From assembly GCA_027451985.1 (NCBI GenBank), contig DAIDHS010000008.1, forward strand, positions 10,840-74,839: a stretch of 64,000 nucleotides of DNA. Reading direction: 5' to 3'. The position numbers and the translations under genes are program-made. Each line of letters begins with the position of its first letter. Within the stretch, counting starts at the first letter, position 1. Below the pieces are notes generated by a model. It did not search any database. It saw nothing but the letters and a program-made list of their open reading frames with translations, and had not been told where the DNA came from. The stretch comes from Elusimicrobiota bacterium (GTDB lineage: Bacteria; Elusimicrobiota; Elusimicrobia; UBA1565; UBA9628). Shown here piece after piece: positions 47,582 through 56,725 of the stretch.

Positions 47582-48028
47582 ATGAAAGCGAAACTGGCGA
47601 TGCTGGCGGGGTTGGGGCTCATGGCGGGGTTGGCGGCGTGCAGCGGGGTCAACAGCCGGGTCAAGAACGGGGAAGTGGAGAGCGTCATCAACCAGAAACC
47701 CGATCATGGCGGTTATTTCGAGGCCATCGGCATCGGCGCCTCCGATCCGTCCTTGCCGACCCAGACCCAAAGAATGGCCTTGGCGCGCGACGCGGCCATT
47801 GTGAAGGCCCAGTACGAACTGCTGTCCATGATCAAGGGTGTGGAGTTGGAGGGCGGCGTGACGGTCAAGCAGGCGATGGAATCGGACTCCACCCTGCAGG
47901 CCAAACTCGACGAGGTCATCCGCGGCGCGGAAATCGTCAAAAGCGAGTTTACGTCTGATAATGGCTGCGTGGTGACCATGCGTCTGCCCAAGAGCAGCTT
48001 GAAGAAGATCATGGGGGCGAACTTCTAA
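47582..48028 (+). CDS. LPP20/FlgP-like outer-membrane lipoprotein
   Basis: Lipobox MKAKLAMLAGLGLMAGLAACSG. The mature domain is Ala/Val-rich with the LPP20 patterning (ARDAAIVKAQYELLSMIKGVELEGGVTV). GGAGGTGG RBS. Confidence 0.55.
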   Translation: MKAKLAMLAGLGLMAGLAACSGVNSRVKNGEVESVINQKPDHGGYFEAIGIGASDPSLPTQTQRMALARDAAIVKAQYELLSMIKGVELEGGVTVKQAMESDSTLQAKLDEVIRGAEIVKSEFTSDNGCVVTMRLPKSSLKKIMGANF

Positions 48029-48915
48029 TGAGCTTTCGGGCACGCTCTCTTGTCTTGCCGATCCTGGGATTTTTCGCGGGCTGCGCCTCCCTGCCTCGGG
48101 AAGGCGCGGCGCCGGGGCCCAAGATGGCGGAAGTCGAAGCCTCGGGCTGGGCGCCAGCCGGTCGCGGCGCGGCGCCGGGAGCGTGCCGTCGCGCCGTGGC
48201 CGATGCTCAATCTCGGGCGATCGGAAAAGCCGCGGGCGTCCTTGTCTTGGCCCGGACCAGGGTCGAGGACGGCGTGGCCCTGGGGCAGGAAATCACGGCA
48301 GACGCCCGGGGTGTCATCCGCCGCTACGGCGTGCTTGATGAGAACTTTGTGGGCGGAGCCTGCCGCGTCCGCATCCGCGCCCTGGTGGAGATTCCCGGCC
48401 CGGGCCAAGAACCCGGGCGGGACGCGTCTTGGCCTGTTCCGCCGCACACGCGCGTCGTGGTGGAGATGCGGGCGCAGGAGCCGCAGGCCGAAGCCTGGAT
48501 TCGAGAGGCCGATGCGGCCGCGGCGGCACAGCTCGCGGCGCACGGCTTCGAAGTCGTGGCGGATTCCTCGCCGGACGCCGGGTTTTTTGCTTGGACCGTT
48601 CAAGGCCGGGTGGCGGCCTACCACATCAAAGACGCTCAACTCGGCGCGTTCGTCTCTTATCGCGGCGTGGTCAGCGCGGAAATCCTGTCGCCGGCGGGAG
48701 TATCTCCCATTTGGAAAAAATCGTTGGAAGCGCCCGCGCTGGGGCTCGACGCCGCTCAAACCGCGGCGCAGGCCGCGCAAAACGCCGCGGCGCAGGCCGG
48801 CAAGGCCGCGGCGCAGGCGTTGGTCGCTCATTTGGCAAATTCGTTGCTAAACTCATCGTTCATAACCTACAATCTGGGACGGAATGCCTTCCAAAATCCT
48901 GGTCATCGACGATGA
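48028..48915 (+). CDS. Lipoprotein with an LPP20-like N-domain plus a second TolB-N/CsgG-clan-like domain
   Basis: Lipobox LVLPILGFFAGCAS. AVADAQSRAIGKAAGVLVLARTRVEDG region. Start overlaps the upstream stop as TAATG. Confidence 0.5.
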   Translation: MSFRARSLVLPILGFFAGCASLPREGAAPGPKMAEVEASGWAPAGRGAAPGACRRAVADAQSRAIGKAAGVLVLARTRVEDGVALGQEITADARGVIRRYGVLDENFVGGACRVRIRALVEIPGPGQEPGRDASWPVPPHTRVVVEMRAQEPQAEAWIREADAAAAAQLAAHGFEVVADSSPDAGFFAWTVQGRVAAYHIKDAQLGAFVSYRGVVSAEILSPAGVSPIWKKSLEAPALGLDAAQTAAQAAQNAAAQAGKAAAQALVAHLANSLLNSSFITYNLGRNAFQNPGHRR

Positions 48916-49576
48916 GCGCAAGATCCTCGACATCGTCAAGAAATACCTGACCGAGCACGGCTATTCGGTCGTGGTGACCGATAATGGTTCCGAGGGCCTT
49001 ATGCTGACCCGGGAATCCGAGCTAGATCTCATTCTGAGCGATGTGGAGATGCCTGACCTCGACGGCCGCGCCGTCTGCCGCGTCATTAAAAAAGAAGCCT
49101 CCAGCCGGCAGATTCCCGTCATCCTGATGTCCGGCGCGCGCACCGACGACAAGGATATCCTCTCGGGGTTCGAGGGCGGCGCCGACGACTACGTCACCAA
49201 GCCCTTTTCCTTGCCGGTGCTCTTGGCGCGCATCCAGGCGGTTCTGCGGCGCTACAGCGCGTCCGCGGCCATGGAGAAAAAGCTCAAGAAGCGCGGCATC
49301 GAGCTCGATCCGGCCGGCAGGACCGTTTCGGTCGACGGGAAATCGGTGTCCCTGACTCGCAAGGAATTCGATTTGCTTTCTCTCCTTATTGAAAAGGCCG
49401 GCCGTGTCCTCAGCGTCACCTACCTGCTCGAGACCGTCTGGGGCTACGATCCGGCCGACTACAACGACCCGGGGACCGTCGAGGTCCACGTCTCCCACCT
49501 GCGCAAGAAGCTGGGCTCCAAGGCCGCCAAGCACATCGTCAACGTGCTGGGCCACGGCTACAAGTTCGAAGAATAG
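48884..49576 (+). CDS. OmpR-family response regulator (receiver plus winged-helix DNA-binding domain)
   Basis: ILVIDDE, DLILSDVEMPDLDG and ADDYVTKPF in the receiver domain. C-terminal LTRKEFDLLSLL...VWGYD is the trans_reg_C domain. Confidence 0.85.
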   Translation: MPSKILVIDDERKILDIVKKYLTEHGYSVVVTDNGSEGLMLTRESELDLILSDVEMPDLDGRAVCRVIKKEASSRQIPVILMSGARTDDKDILSGFEGGADDYVTKPFSLPVLLARIQAVLRRYSASAAMEKKLKKRGIELDPAGRTVSVDGKSVSLTRKEFDLLSLLIEKAGRVLSVTYLLETVWGYDPADYNDPGTVEVHVSHLRKKLGSKAAKHIVNVLGHGYKFEE

Positions 49577-49669
49577 CCCTCTGAATTAAGCCGGAGTTAA
49601 GACGCCCTTATCCCGCGCGACAGCGCCGCCCGCTATCCTGAGGGCATGAACGTAGACGGCGGAGGGCTT

Positions 49670-50674
49670 ATGAAAAGAGCGAAAGAGAGCAGCGTCATCG
49701 CGGCCGCAGTCTTGGCATGCGCGCCGCTTTCCCGCGCGGGCGGCTTCGAGGCCATGGCCAAGACTCTGTCCTACGCGGCGCGGGGCGCGGGAATTTCCCA
49801 AGTGGCGGTCGTCCCCTTCTCCTCCGTGGATGGGCAGCCCGGCGACGACGGCCGGGTCATCTCCGAGAACCTTATCACCCGAATGGTGCACCTGGGCAAG
49901 GTTTCCGTGGTGGAGCGCTCCATGATTAAGAAGCTCATGGCCGAAGACCTTCTGGATCAAACCGGAGCCGTGGCGCCTTCCTCCGTGCAGGAGCCGGGCA
50001 AAATGCTCGCGGCTAAAGGCATCGTGACCGGCACCTTCCACGACACCGGCGACGGCGTGATAGTCAACGCGCGGCTCATCGATGTGGAGACCGGCGTCAT
50101 CTTAGCGGCCGCGGAGCGCGAGGTCGACGAAAATCAGTTTGGGGATTCCTCCAGCGCGGGTTTCGGCGGGGAGGGAGGGACCATCTGGGTGGCCGCGCCT
50201 CGATTAACCGTGCCCGCGCCGGCTTTTCCACCGGATCGGCAGGACGACATCAGGGGCGCCTTGGCCGAGGCGTCCGCTCCGCAGACCGCACCCCCGCCTG
50301 CCGATCCGGCGTCGCTTCCCGGAATGGCCGACGCTTCGGCGGCCGGCCAGGAGGACGCCGCCCTGCAGGACGGCTGCGCGGACGCCGCCGCACGGGTGGA
50401 CAAGATGGAGGCGCGCATCCTGGAAATCAAGGCCCGCTATTGGGCTGGGCGGCTGCGCGACGGATTGTCGCCTGAGAGCCTCAGAATCAATCCCGGCTCG
50501 ATGATTTCGGATCCGGCGCTCAAGAAGGAGTTCTTCTCCCGCCTGGAGTACTGGTACCACCAAGATCGCATTCCCAGGCTGAGCTCCGGCGAGGCGCGGC
50601 GCCTGGTCGCCATGGATGGGGAGGCTTACTCTATCTACAACGACTGCGGGAGCCGGCTGGCCTTGGCGCAATAA
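49670..50674 (+). CDS. Exported, possibly lipidated, protein with a FlgO/CsgG/TolB-N-clan periplasmic domain and a C-terminal domain of unknown function
   Basis: Signal peptide MKRAKESSVIAAAVLAC. VAVVPFSSVDG...RSMIKKLMAEDLL...GIVTGTFHDTGDGVIVNARLIDVETGVI has the characteristic patterning of this clan. GGAGGG RBS before ATG 49670. Confidence 0.45.
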   Translation: MKRAKESSVIAAAVLACAPLSRAGGFEAMAKTLSYAARGAGISQVAVVPFSSVDGQPGDDGRVISENLITRMVHLGKVSVVERSMIKKLMAEDLLDQTGAVAPSSVQEPGKMLAAKGIVTGTFHDTGDGVIVNARLIDVETGVILAAAEREVDENQFGDSSSAGFGGEGGTIWVAAPRLTVPAPAFPPDRQDDIRGALAEASAPQTAPPPADPASLPGMADASAAGQEDAALQDGCADAAARVDKMEARILEIKARYWAGRLRDGLSPESLRINPGSMISDPALKKEFFSRLEYWYHQDRIPRLSSGEARRLVAMDGEAYSIYNDCGSRLALAQ

Positions 50675-50697
50675 AACGATTCAATCGGGGGGAAAAC

Positions 50698-51638
50698 ATG
50701 AAAAACAGGATTCTGGTGGCGGATGACGAGCCTCTGGTGCAGAATATCGTGGCCAAGACATTCGCGGGTGAGTCGTATGAAATTATCCGGGCCGATAACG
50801 GTGTGGACGCGCTGGCTTTGGCGGTGCGGGAGAATCCCGACTTGATGATCACGGACGTGTGCATGCCGGGGAAAACCGGTTGGGAAGTCCTCGAGGAGAT
50901 GCACCGTAATCCGCGCACGCGCCTCATTCCCATCATCATGCTGACCGGCATGGGGGTCACCTCGGAGGATGAGGTGCGCGGCCTTGAGGCCGGAGCCGAC
51001 GAGTATATCGCCAAGCCGTTTACGCCTTCGGAACTTCGGGCCAGGGCCCAGTGCCTTCTTCGCCGCTGCCGGCTCGATCTTTCCGTCAATCCGCTGACAC
51101 GACTGCCCGGCAGCCCCAGTATTGAGGATGAGGTCGAGCGGCGCATTCGCGAGGGCCGCTCCTTTTCCTTCCTATACGCCGACATCGACAACTTCAAGCC
51201 CTACAACGACGTCTACGGATTCGCGGCCGGCGACGCCGTCATTCGAGAGACGGCTTCCATCTTTATGGCGAGCACCGCGGCCGAGGTTCCGAGAGGAAGC
51301 TTCGTGGGCCATATCGGCGGTGATGATTTCGTGGTTGTGGCAGACGCGGAACACGCCTCCCAAGCGGCGCGCACGGCCGCCGCTCGTTTCGATGGAGCCG
51401 TTCCGGTTTTTACAGGAGCGAGGATGTGCGCCGCGGCTTCATCGAGACCGCAGATCGGCAAGGCCGCCTGCGACGTTTTCCGCTTCTGTCCCTTTCCATT
51501 GGGGGAGTCAACTGCCCGCAGCGCCGGTTTAAGCGCTACGCGCAGGTCGTGGAAGTCGCCGCGGAGATGAAGGCCTACTGCAAGACGCTCAATTTCCGGG
51601 GTTTGAGCCGCTTCGCCTTCGACCGGCGGGCCGCCTAA
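50698..51638 (+). CDS. Response regulator with a C-terminal GGDEF-type domain (GGDDF variant), interrupted by a frameshift near a T5 run around 51407-51411. Either a pseudogene or a homopolymer sequencing error.
   Basis: REC motifs ILVADDE, DLMITDVCMPGKTGW and ADEYIAKPF. Then LYADIDNFKPYNDVYGFAAGD and GHIGGDDFVVVAD in frame A up to about 51410. The conserved downstream motifs FPLLSLSIGGV and VAAEMKAYCK continue only in another frame (ORF 51426..51638). Confidence 0.6.
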
Positions 51639-51669
51639 GCCCCGGCCAGCCGCGTTCGGAACAAATCGT

Positions 51670-53856
51670 CTAGGCGTTCTTGCCGTCGAGGGTTTCCCGG
51701 ATTTTGCTCAACACGGCGTCCGCGGTCAGTGGTTTTTGCAGGAAGGGAACGTTCTTGGGCAGCGTCGGGTCTACGGCCAGCTGCTCCGTGTAGCCCGACA
51801 TGAAGACGACCTTCATTCCGGGCCGTAGCGGCGCCATGCGCTCGGCGAGCGCGTAGCCGTGCATCTGAGGCATGATGACATCGGTGAGCATCAGGTCGAT
51901 GGGATCCTTGATCCGCGCGCAGATTTCGAGCGCCTCGGCCGGCCCGCGCGCCGCCAGGATCGTGTAGCCGCTTTCGCGCAGAACGCGCGCGGCGAATTTG
52001 TGCACTAGCTCGTCGTCCTCGACCAGCAGAATCGTCTCTTTCCCCTTCGCGGCACGGCATTTCGGATTTTGGAATTCGCCGGTGACCGGATCTTCGACGC
52101 GCGGCAGGTAAATCTTGAACGAAGTGCCTTTCCCAGGTTCGCTGTAGACATAAATGCTCCCCTGGCTCTGCTTGACGATGCCGTAGACCGTGGCCAGACC
52201 CAAGCCCGTGCCCTTGCCCTGTTCCTTGGTCGTGAAGAACGGCTCGAAGATGCGAGCTTTGACCTCCTCGCTCATGCCGCAGCCCGTGTCGCTGACCGCC
52301 AGCATGACGTAGGAGCCGGGGGCGCATCCCGGGTGGGCGGCGGCGTAGCTTCCATCAAGCTCGATGTTGGCCGTCTCGATGATCAGCCGTCCGCCCTGGG
52401 GCATGGCATCCTTGGCGTTGACGGCCAGGTTGACTACGGCCTGCTCAATTTGGCTCGGATCCGCCTTAACCCTCCCCAGCTTTGCGCCGGGCGCGAAGGA
52501 GAAATCAATGTCCTCGCCGATGATGCGCCGGAGCATTTTCTCCAGGTCCGCGAGCACGGCGTTGAGGTCCAGCACGCGGGGCTGCAGCACTTGACGGCGG
52601 CTGAATGTCAAAAGCTGGCGCGTCAAGGCGCCGGCCCGCTCGCTGGCCTTCATAATTTCCAGCACGTCGTCGCGCCGCGCGTCGTTCTCGGGCAGGCTGT
52701 CGAGCAGGAACCGGCTGTAGCCGCCGATGGCGGTCAGGAGATTGTTGAAGTCGTGGGCGACGCCGCCGGCCAGGCGCCCGATGCCTTCCATCTTTTGGGC
52801 TTGACGCAGCTGCTCCTCGGTTCGGACCAAGCGTTCCCGCGCCGTCTTTTCCTCGGTAATGTCCCGGATCACGCCCACGGTCCGAACCGGCTGTTCCTGC
52901 TCGTCCTTGTAGGCCTTGCCTCTGAAGGAGAGCCAATGGATGCTGCCGTCCGGCCAGACGATGCGGTGCGTGTTCGCGAATTGGCGTTTTTCCTCGAGGC
53001 CGCGCCGGACATCGCGCTCGACGGTGTCGCGGTCCTCGGGATGTACGGCGGCAAGATAGGTCTCGTAGCTCGCTTCGACTTCCGGACCGACACCCAAGAT
53101 CGCCCGGAACAGGGGCGACCATCCCGTCTTTCCCGTTTTCTTATCCGAAGACCACAGGCCGAGATGTCCCGCTTCCACGGCGAGGCGCTGGCGTTCCTCG
53201 GTCTGGCGAAGATTTTGCTCCATGTTCACGCGCTCGGTGATGTCGTGGCGGATGACGATGTACTGGCGGGGCTTGCCGTCTTCGCCCAGAATCGGCGTGA
53301 CGACCGTGGACTCCCAAAAAAGCGCGCCGTTCTTGGCGCGGTTGCACACTTCTCCGCGCCAGACTTGGCCCGCGGAGATGGTCGACCAGAGGGCTTGAAA
53401 AAATTCCTTGGGATGGACGCCGGAGTTGATGAGGCGGTGGTTTTTGCCCAGCAGTTCCTCGCGCGAGTAGCCGGAGAGCTCGCAGAACCGGTCGTTGACG
53501 TAGATGATGCGTCCTTCGGTGTCTGTGGCGGCCACGTCGGCGGAGTTGTCCAAGGCGGTCCAAATGTCCCCGATGACCTTTTGGCATTGGCGTTCGCCAA
53601 GCGCTCTCGATTCGGCGGTGCGCTGCTGGCTGGAAGCCACGGCGCGGGCGGTCAAGTAGATCAGCGCCATGGTTCCGATAACGCCGAGCCACACTCCGAG
53701 CTTGGCGTCGGTTGAGTGCGCACTCGCGCCCAGGGTCAGCAGCAACGCCCTGTCGATCGTGAGCCACCCTGCTTTCCAGAGGAGGTAGGCGGCAGCGGTC
53801 AGGGCGGCGATGCGGTCCGGCGAGGCGAGGGCGAGGCGTTGGATACGGAGGCGCAT
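51670..53856 (-). CDS. Hybrid sensor histidine kinase: 2 transmembrane segments, two PAS domains, HisKA, HATPase_c and a C-terminal receiver
   Basis: PAS motifs [28 protein letters not shown]-box [22 protein letters not shown] and DTGCGM...[11 protein letters not shown] ATPase boxes. C-terminal REC with ILLVEDDE and LMLTDVIMP. Confidence 0.85.
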   Translation of the reverse strand: MRLRIQRLALASPDRIAALTAAAYLLWKAGWLTIDRALLLTLGASAHSTDAKLGVWLGVIGTMALIYLTARAVASSQQRTAESRALGERQCQKVIGDIWTALDNSADVAATDTEGRIIYVNDRFCELSGYSREELLGKNHRLINSGVHPKEFFQALWSTISAGQVWRGEVCNRAKNGALFWESTVVTPILGEDGKPRQYIVIRHDITERVNMEQNLRQTEERQRLAVEAGHLGLWSSDKKTGKTGWSPLFRAILGVGPEVEASYETYLAAVHPEDRDTVERDVRRGLEEKRQFANTHRIVWPDGSIHWLSFRGKAYKDEQEQPVRTVGVIRDITEEKTARERLVRTEEQLRQAQKMEGIGRLAGGVAHDFNNLLTAIGGYSRFLLDSLPENDARRDDVLEIMKASERAGALTRQLLTFSRRQVLQPRVLDLNAVLADLEKMLRRIIGEDIDFSFAPGAKLGRVKADPSQIEQAVVNLAVNAKDAMPQGGRLIIETANIELDGSYAAAHPGCAPGSYVMLAVSDTGCGMSEEVKARIFEPFFTTKEQGKGTGLGLATVYGIVKQSQGSIYVYSEPGKGTSFKIYLPRVEDPVTGEFQNPKCRAAKGKETILLVEDDELVHKFAARVLRESGYTILAARGPAEALEICARIKDPIDLMLTDVIMPQMHGYALAERMAPLRPGMKVVFMSGYTEQLAVDPTLPKNVPFLQKPLTADAVLSKIRETLDGKNA

Positions 53857-53897
53857 ACCAAAATCTTTAGCAACATTTAGGCCAAAACAGGGAGATT

Positions 53898-56699
53898 ATG
53901 CGGGCCGGAGGGCCCAGGTCGGCGGGGGCCCGAAGCCCCTGCCCAGGCGGCGGCGCGCGCCTTACAATGTTTAATATGGCGCTTCTGGTTTTTCTGCTGA
54001 GCCTTTGCTTGGCGCTTCCCGTGACGAGGGCCCGCGCCGCTTCTGAAGACGCCGCCGCCGCGCCCGAGATTTCGCAGCCGGCTTCCCTCGATGTCCCCGC
54101 CGCGCCCGCCTTCCTCGACTCCGCGCTGCTTTCCCCGGGCGTCGGCGCCTCCTTGGTTGAGTTCGCTCCGCTCTCTCAATCCGACGCATTGCCCCATGCC
54201 GCTGTTGTTGCGCCGAAAGGAGCGGCCGCGCGTGCCGGCGCTCCGGCCTCCGCCTCCGCCGTTTTACCGGCATCCGCGGCGGCTCTTGAACGCGCGCCCG
54301 CGCATGAGGCTGCGGCCGCCGTCCCCGCTGAGAATCTTTCCGCTTCCGCGTCCCCCCGCGCGCCTCCCCGCGTCGCGGTGGCCCAGGCTTCCGACTTGGC
54401 TCCGAGCGCCGCGCCGGAGCGCAAGGGAGCCGCCGCCTCTGCCGGCGAAAAGGCTTCCGAGGTTTTCGACGGCGGTCGGCGCTTAAACGTCTTGACCGCC
54501 GGCGCCGAGGCGGTGCCCTTCATCAAGACCGGCGGCTTGGCCGACGTGGTGGACGCGGTCTCGCGGGGCTTGGCCGCGCGCGGCCACCGGGTCATGCTGG
54601 TCCTGCCCAAGTACCGCGGCCTGAAGCTGGGCGACGCCGAGTTCAAGCCGGCGGGCGAGATTTCGGTGCCCATGGGAGAGGGCGTCCAAATCGCGAGCCT
54701 CCTGGCCGCGAAGGTCAACGGCGTGGACGTCGTCCTCATCGACCACGCCGGGTATTACGACCGGCCCGGCGGCCCTTACCAGGGCCAGGCCTCGTCCTAC
54801 AGCGAGGACGACAACGACGAGCGCTTCGCCTTCTACGCGCGCGCGGCGCTCGAAGCCGCCAGAGCCCTCGATTTTAAGCCGGACGTGGTCCACGCGCACG
54901 ACTGGCACGCCGCGCTCATCCCCGTGTTCCTGAAGTCGGCCTACGCCGCCGACCCGTTCTTCGCCGGGACCAAGACCGCGATCACCATCCACAACCTCGC
55001 CTTCCAAGGCCTTTTCGCACCGGACATCGCGCGGAGGCTGGGTCTGCCGCCTCATTATTTGGAGCCCATGGCGCCGCTGGAGTACTGGGGCAAGGCGAGC
55101 TACCTGAAGGCCGGACTGGTCCTCGCGGACGCGGTCACCACCGTGAGCCCCACTTACGCCCGCGAGATTTTGGGCGAAGAGTTCGGCATGGGCATGCACG
55201 GGGTGCTCCAGGCCCGCCAAGACGGCGTCCGCGGCATCTTAAACGGCCTCGATTTGAAGATGTGGGATCCGGCGACGGACCCGGTCGCGCCGCGAAACTA
55301 CGCGGCCGAGGACGCCGCGGAGGGCAAGGCCGCCAACAAGGCCTGGCTGCAGAACCGGCTGGGCCTGGACGCCGAGCCGGAGGCGCCGCTTTTCGCCGTG
55401 GCCTCGCGCCTGGCGCACCAAAAGGGCATCGACGTCGCCGTCGCGGCCATCGACGAGATGGTCGCGCGCGGCGCGCAGGTGGTCATCACGGGCTCGGGCG
55501 ACAAGGAGCTGGAGAACGCGGTCGCGGCCGCGGTCCTGCGCCATCCGGGCCGCGTCGCCGCGCATCCCTTCGACGAGTCCTTCGTGCGCGTGGTCTACGC
55601 CGCCGCGGATTTTCTCCTGATGCCGTCGCGCTTCGAGCCCTGCGGGCTCTCCCAGCTCATCGCCCAGCGCTACGGCGCGCTGCCGCTGGTGACCCGCACC
55701 GGCGGTTTGGCCGACACCGTGACGGACCTGCGCGAAAACGCGCAGGGGGGCGACGGCTTGGTGATGCGCGAGCCCAGCGCCGCGGGTTTGATTGCGGCCG
55801 TGGACGCCGCCGTCGAACTTTACCGCGCCCCCGAATCCTTCGCTGCCGCGCGCGCCACGGCCATGGCCAAGGATTCGTCCTGGGGCCGGGCGCTCGACGC
55901 CTACGAGGCGCTTTATCGAGAACTGTTGGGAGAAACCGGAAGTCCGCGGCCGGATTCGGCGGACGAGATTCTCTCCGCGGGAGACACCGGCGTAGTGCGC
56001 ACCCCGGACGTCGCCGCGGGCCTGGAATTTCTGCGCGAGAGCTCCTATCCGCTCGACCCCCAGGTCGCGCGCTTCATCGAAGCCATCCGGAAGGAGCATC
56101 CGGAACTGCCCGTTTCACCCGAGCGCGTCTTTTTGATCCGCGATCCCGCCGTGCTCGCGCGTTTGGGCCTGCCCGAGGCCGCGGGCGGGGCGGCGCGCAT
56201 TCTCACCGACGGACGCGCCGAGATTCCGGTGGTGCTCATCGCGGCCGCGCACGGCGTTCCCGCCGACCAATTCGTCGAGTTTACGGTTCACGAGGCGGTG
56301 CACTTGATGGACGGGGGCATCCTGCGCGTGCCCAACGGCCGGGTTTTGTCCCATTTCTTCGCCGAGGGCTGGACGCAAAAGCGCGCCGTGGAAAAGGCCA
56401 ACGACGTCCTGCCCCGGCTGGGCTTGCCCAGGACGCCAAGCCGCGCCTACCGCAAGGAGGTCGCGCTGGCCGACGCTTTCCTGGCCCGGCACGGCGCTTC
56501 GGCTCTTGATGAGCTCGTGCGCGCGGGCTCGGACGAGGGCCTGCGCCGCGCGCTGGGCTCGCGCTGGGATTTCGCGGTTGCGATTTCGCGCTGCCCGGCG
56601 CCGCGGGAGAAAAAGCTCAACGCGCTCATCGCCCTTGTCAACGCGCCGTCCTTCGGTCCCGCTGAAGAAAACGCCTTGCGCGACTATTTGAACCTCTAG
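53898..56699 (+). CDS. glgA-like: Glycogen-synthase-like GT5 glycosyltransferase (GlgA-type core) with a predicted N-terminal Sec signal peptide, a ~165-aa Ala/Pro/Ser-rich linker and a ~330-aa C-terminal extension of unknown function
   Basis: VPFIKTGGLADVVDAVSRGLAARGHRVMLVLPKY is the GlgA KTGGL N-terminal motif. RFEPCGLSQLIAQRYGALPLV is the GT-B EPCGL motif. N-terminus MRAGGPRSAGARSPCPGGGARLTMFNMALLVFLLSLCLALPVTRARA|AS. The C-terminal extension contains an isolated HEAVH. Confidence 0.75.
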   Translation: MRAGGPRSAGARSPCPGGGARLTMFNMALLVFLLSLCLALPVTRARAASEDAAAAPEISQPASLDVPAAPAFLDSALLSPGVGASLVEFAPLSQSDALPHAAVVAPKGAAARAGAPASASAVLPASAAALERAPAHEAAAAVPAENLSASASPRAPPRVAVAQASDLAPSAAPERKGAAASAGEKASEVFDGGRRLNVLTAGAEAVPFIKTGGLADVVDAVSRGLAARGHRVMLVLPKYRGLKLGDAEFKPAGEISVPMGEGVQIASLLAAKVNGVDVVLIDHAGYYDRPGGPYQGQASSYSEDDNDERFAFYARAALEAARALDFKPDVVHAHDWHAALIPVFLKSAYAADPFFAGTKTAITIHNLAFQGLFAPDIARRLGLPPHYLEPMAPLEYWGKASYLKAGLVLADAVTTVSPTYAREILGEEFGMGMHGVLQARQDGVRGILNGLDLKMWDPATDPVAPRNYAAEDAAEGKAANKAWLQNRLGLDAEPEAPLFAVASRLAHQKGIDVAVAAIDEMVARGAQVVITGSGDKELENAVAAAVLRHPGRVAAHPFDESFVRVVYAAADFLLMPSRFEPCGLSQLIAQRYGALPLVTRTGGLADTVTDLRENAQGGDGLVMREPSAAGLIAAVDAAVELYRAPESFAAARATAMAKDSSWGRALDAYEALYRELLGETGSPRPDSADEILSAGDTGVVRTPDVAAGLEFLRESSYPLDPQVARFIEAIRKEHPELPVSPERVFLIRDPAVLARLGLPEAAGGAARILTDGRAEIPVVLIAAAHGVPADQFVEFTVHEAVHLMDGGILRVPNGRVLSHFFAEGWTQKRAVEKANDVLPRLGLPRTPSRAYRKEVALADAFLARHGASALDELVRAGSDEGLRRALGSRWDFAVAISRCPAPREKKLNALIALVNAPSFGPAEENALRDYLNL

Positions 56700-56725
56700 C
56701 GCGGCCGTTTTTGTAGAATGTCGCG

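Noticed and set aside
56100-56699. HEAVH (HExxH) element in the C-terminal extension of the GlgA-like protein, as a possible zinc-metallopeptidase site
   Set aside because: It is a single short motif without the downstream third ligand (E or H) pattern I could recognise. It is kept only as a note inside the GlgA finding.
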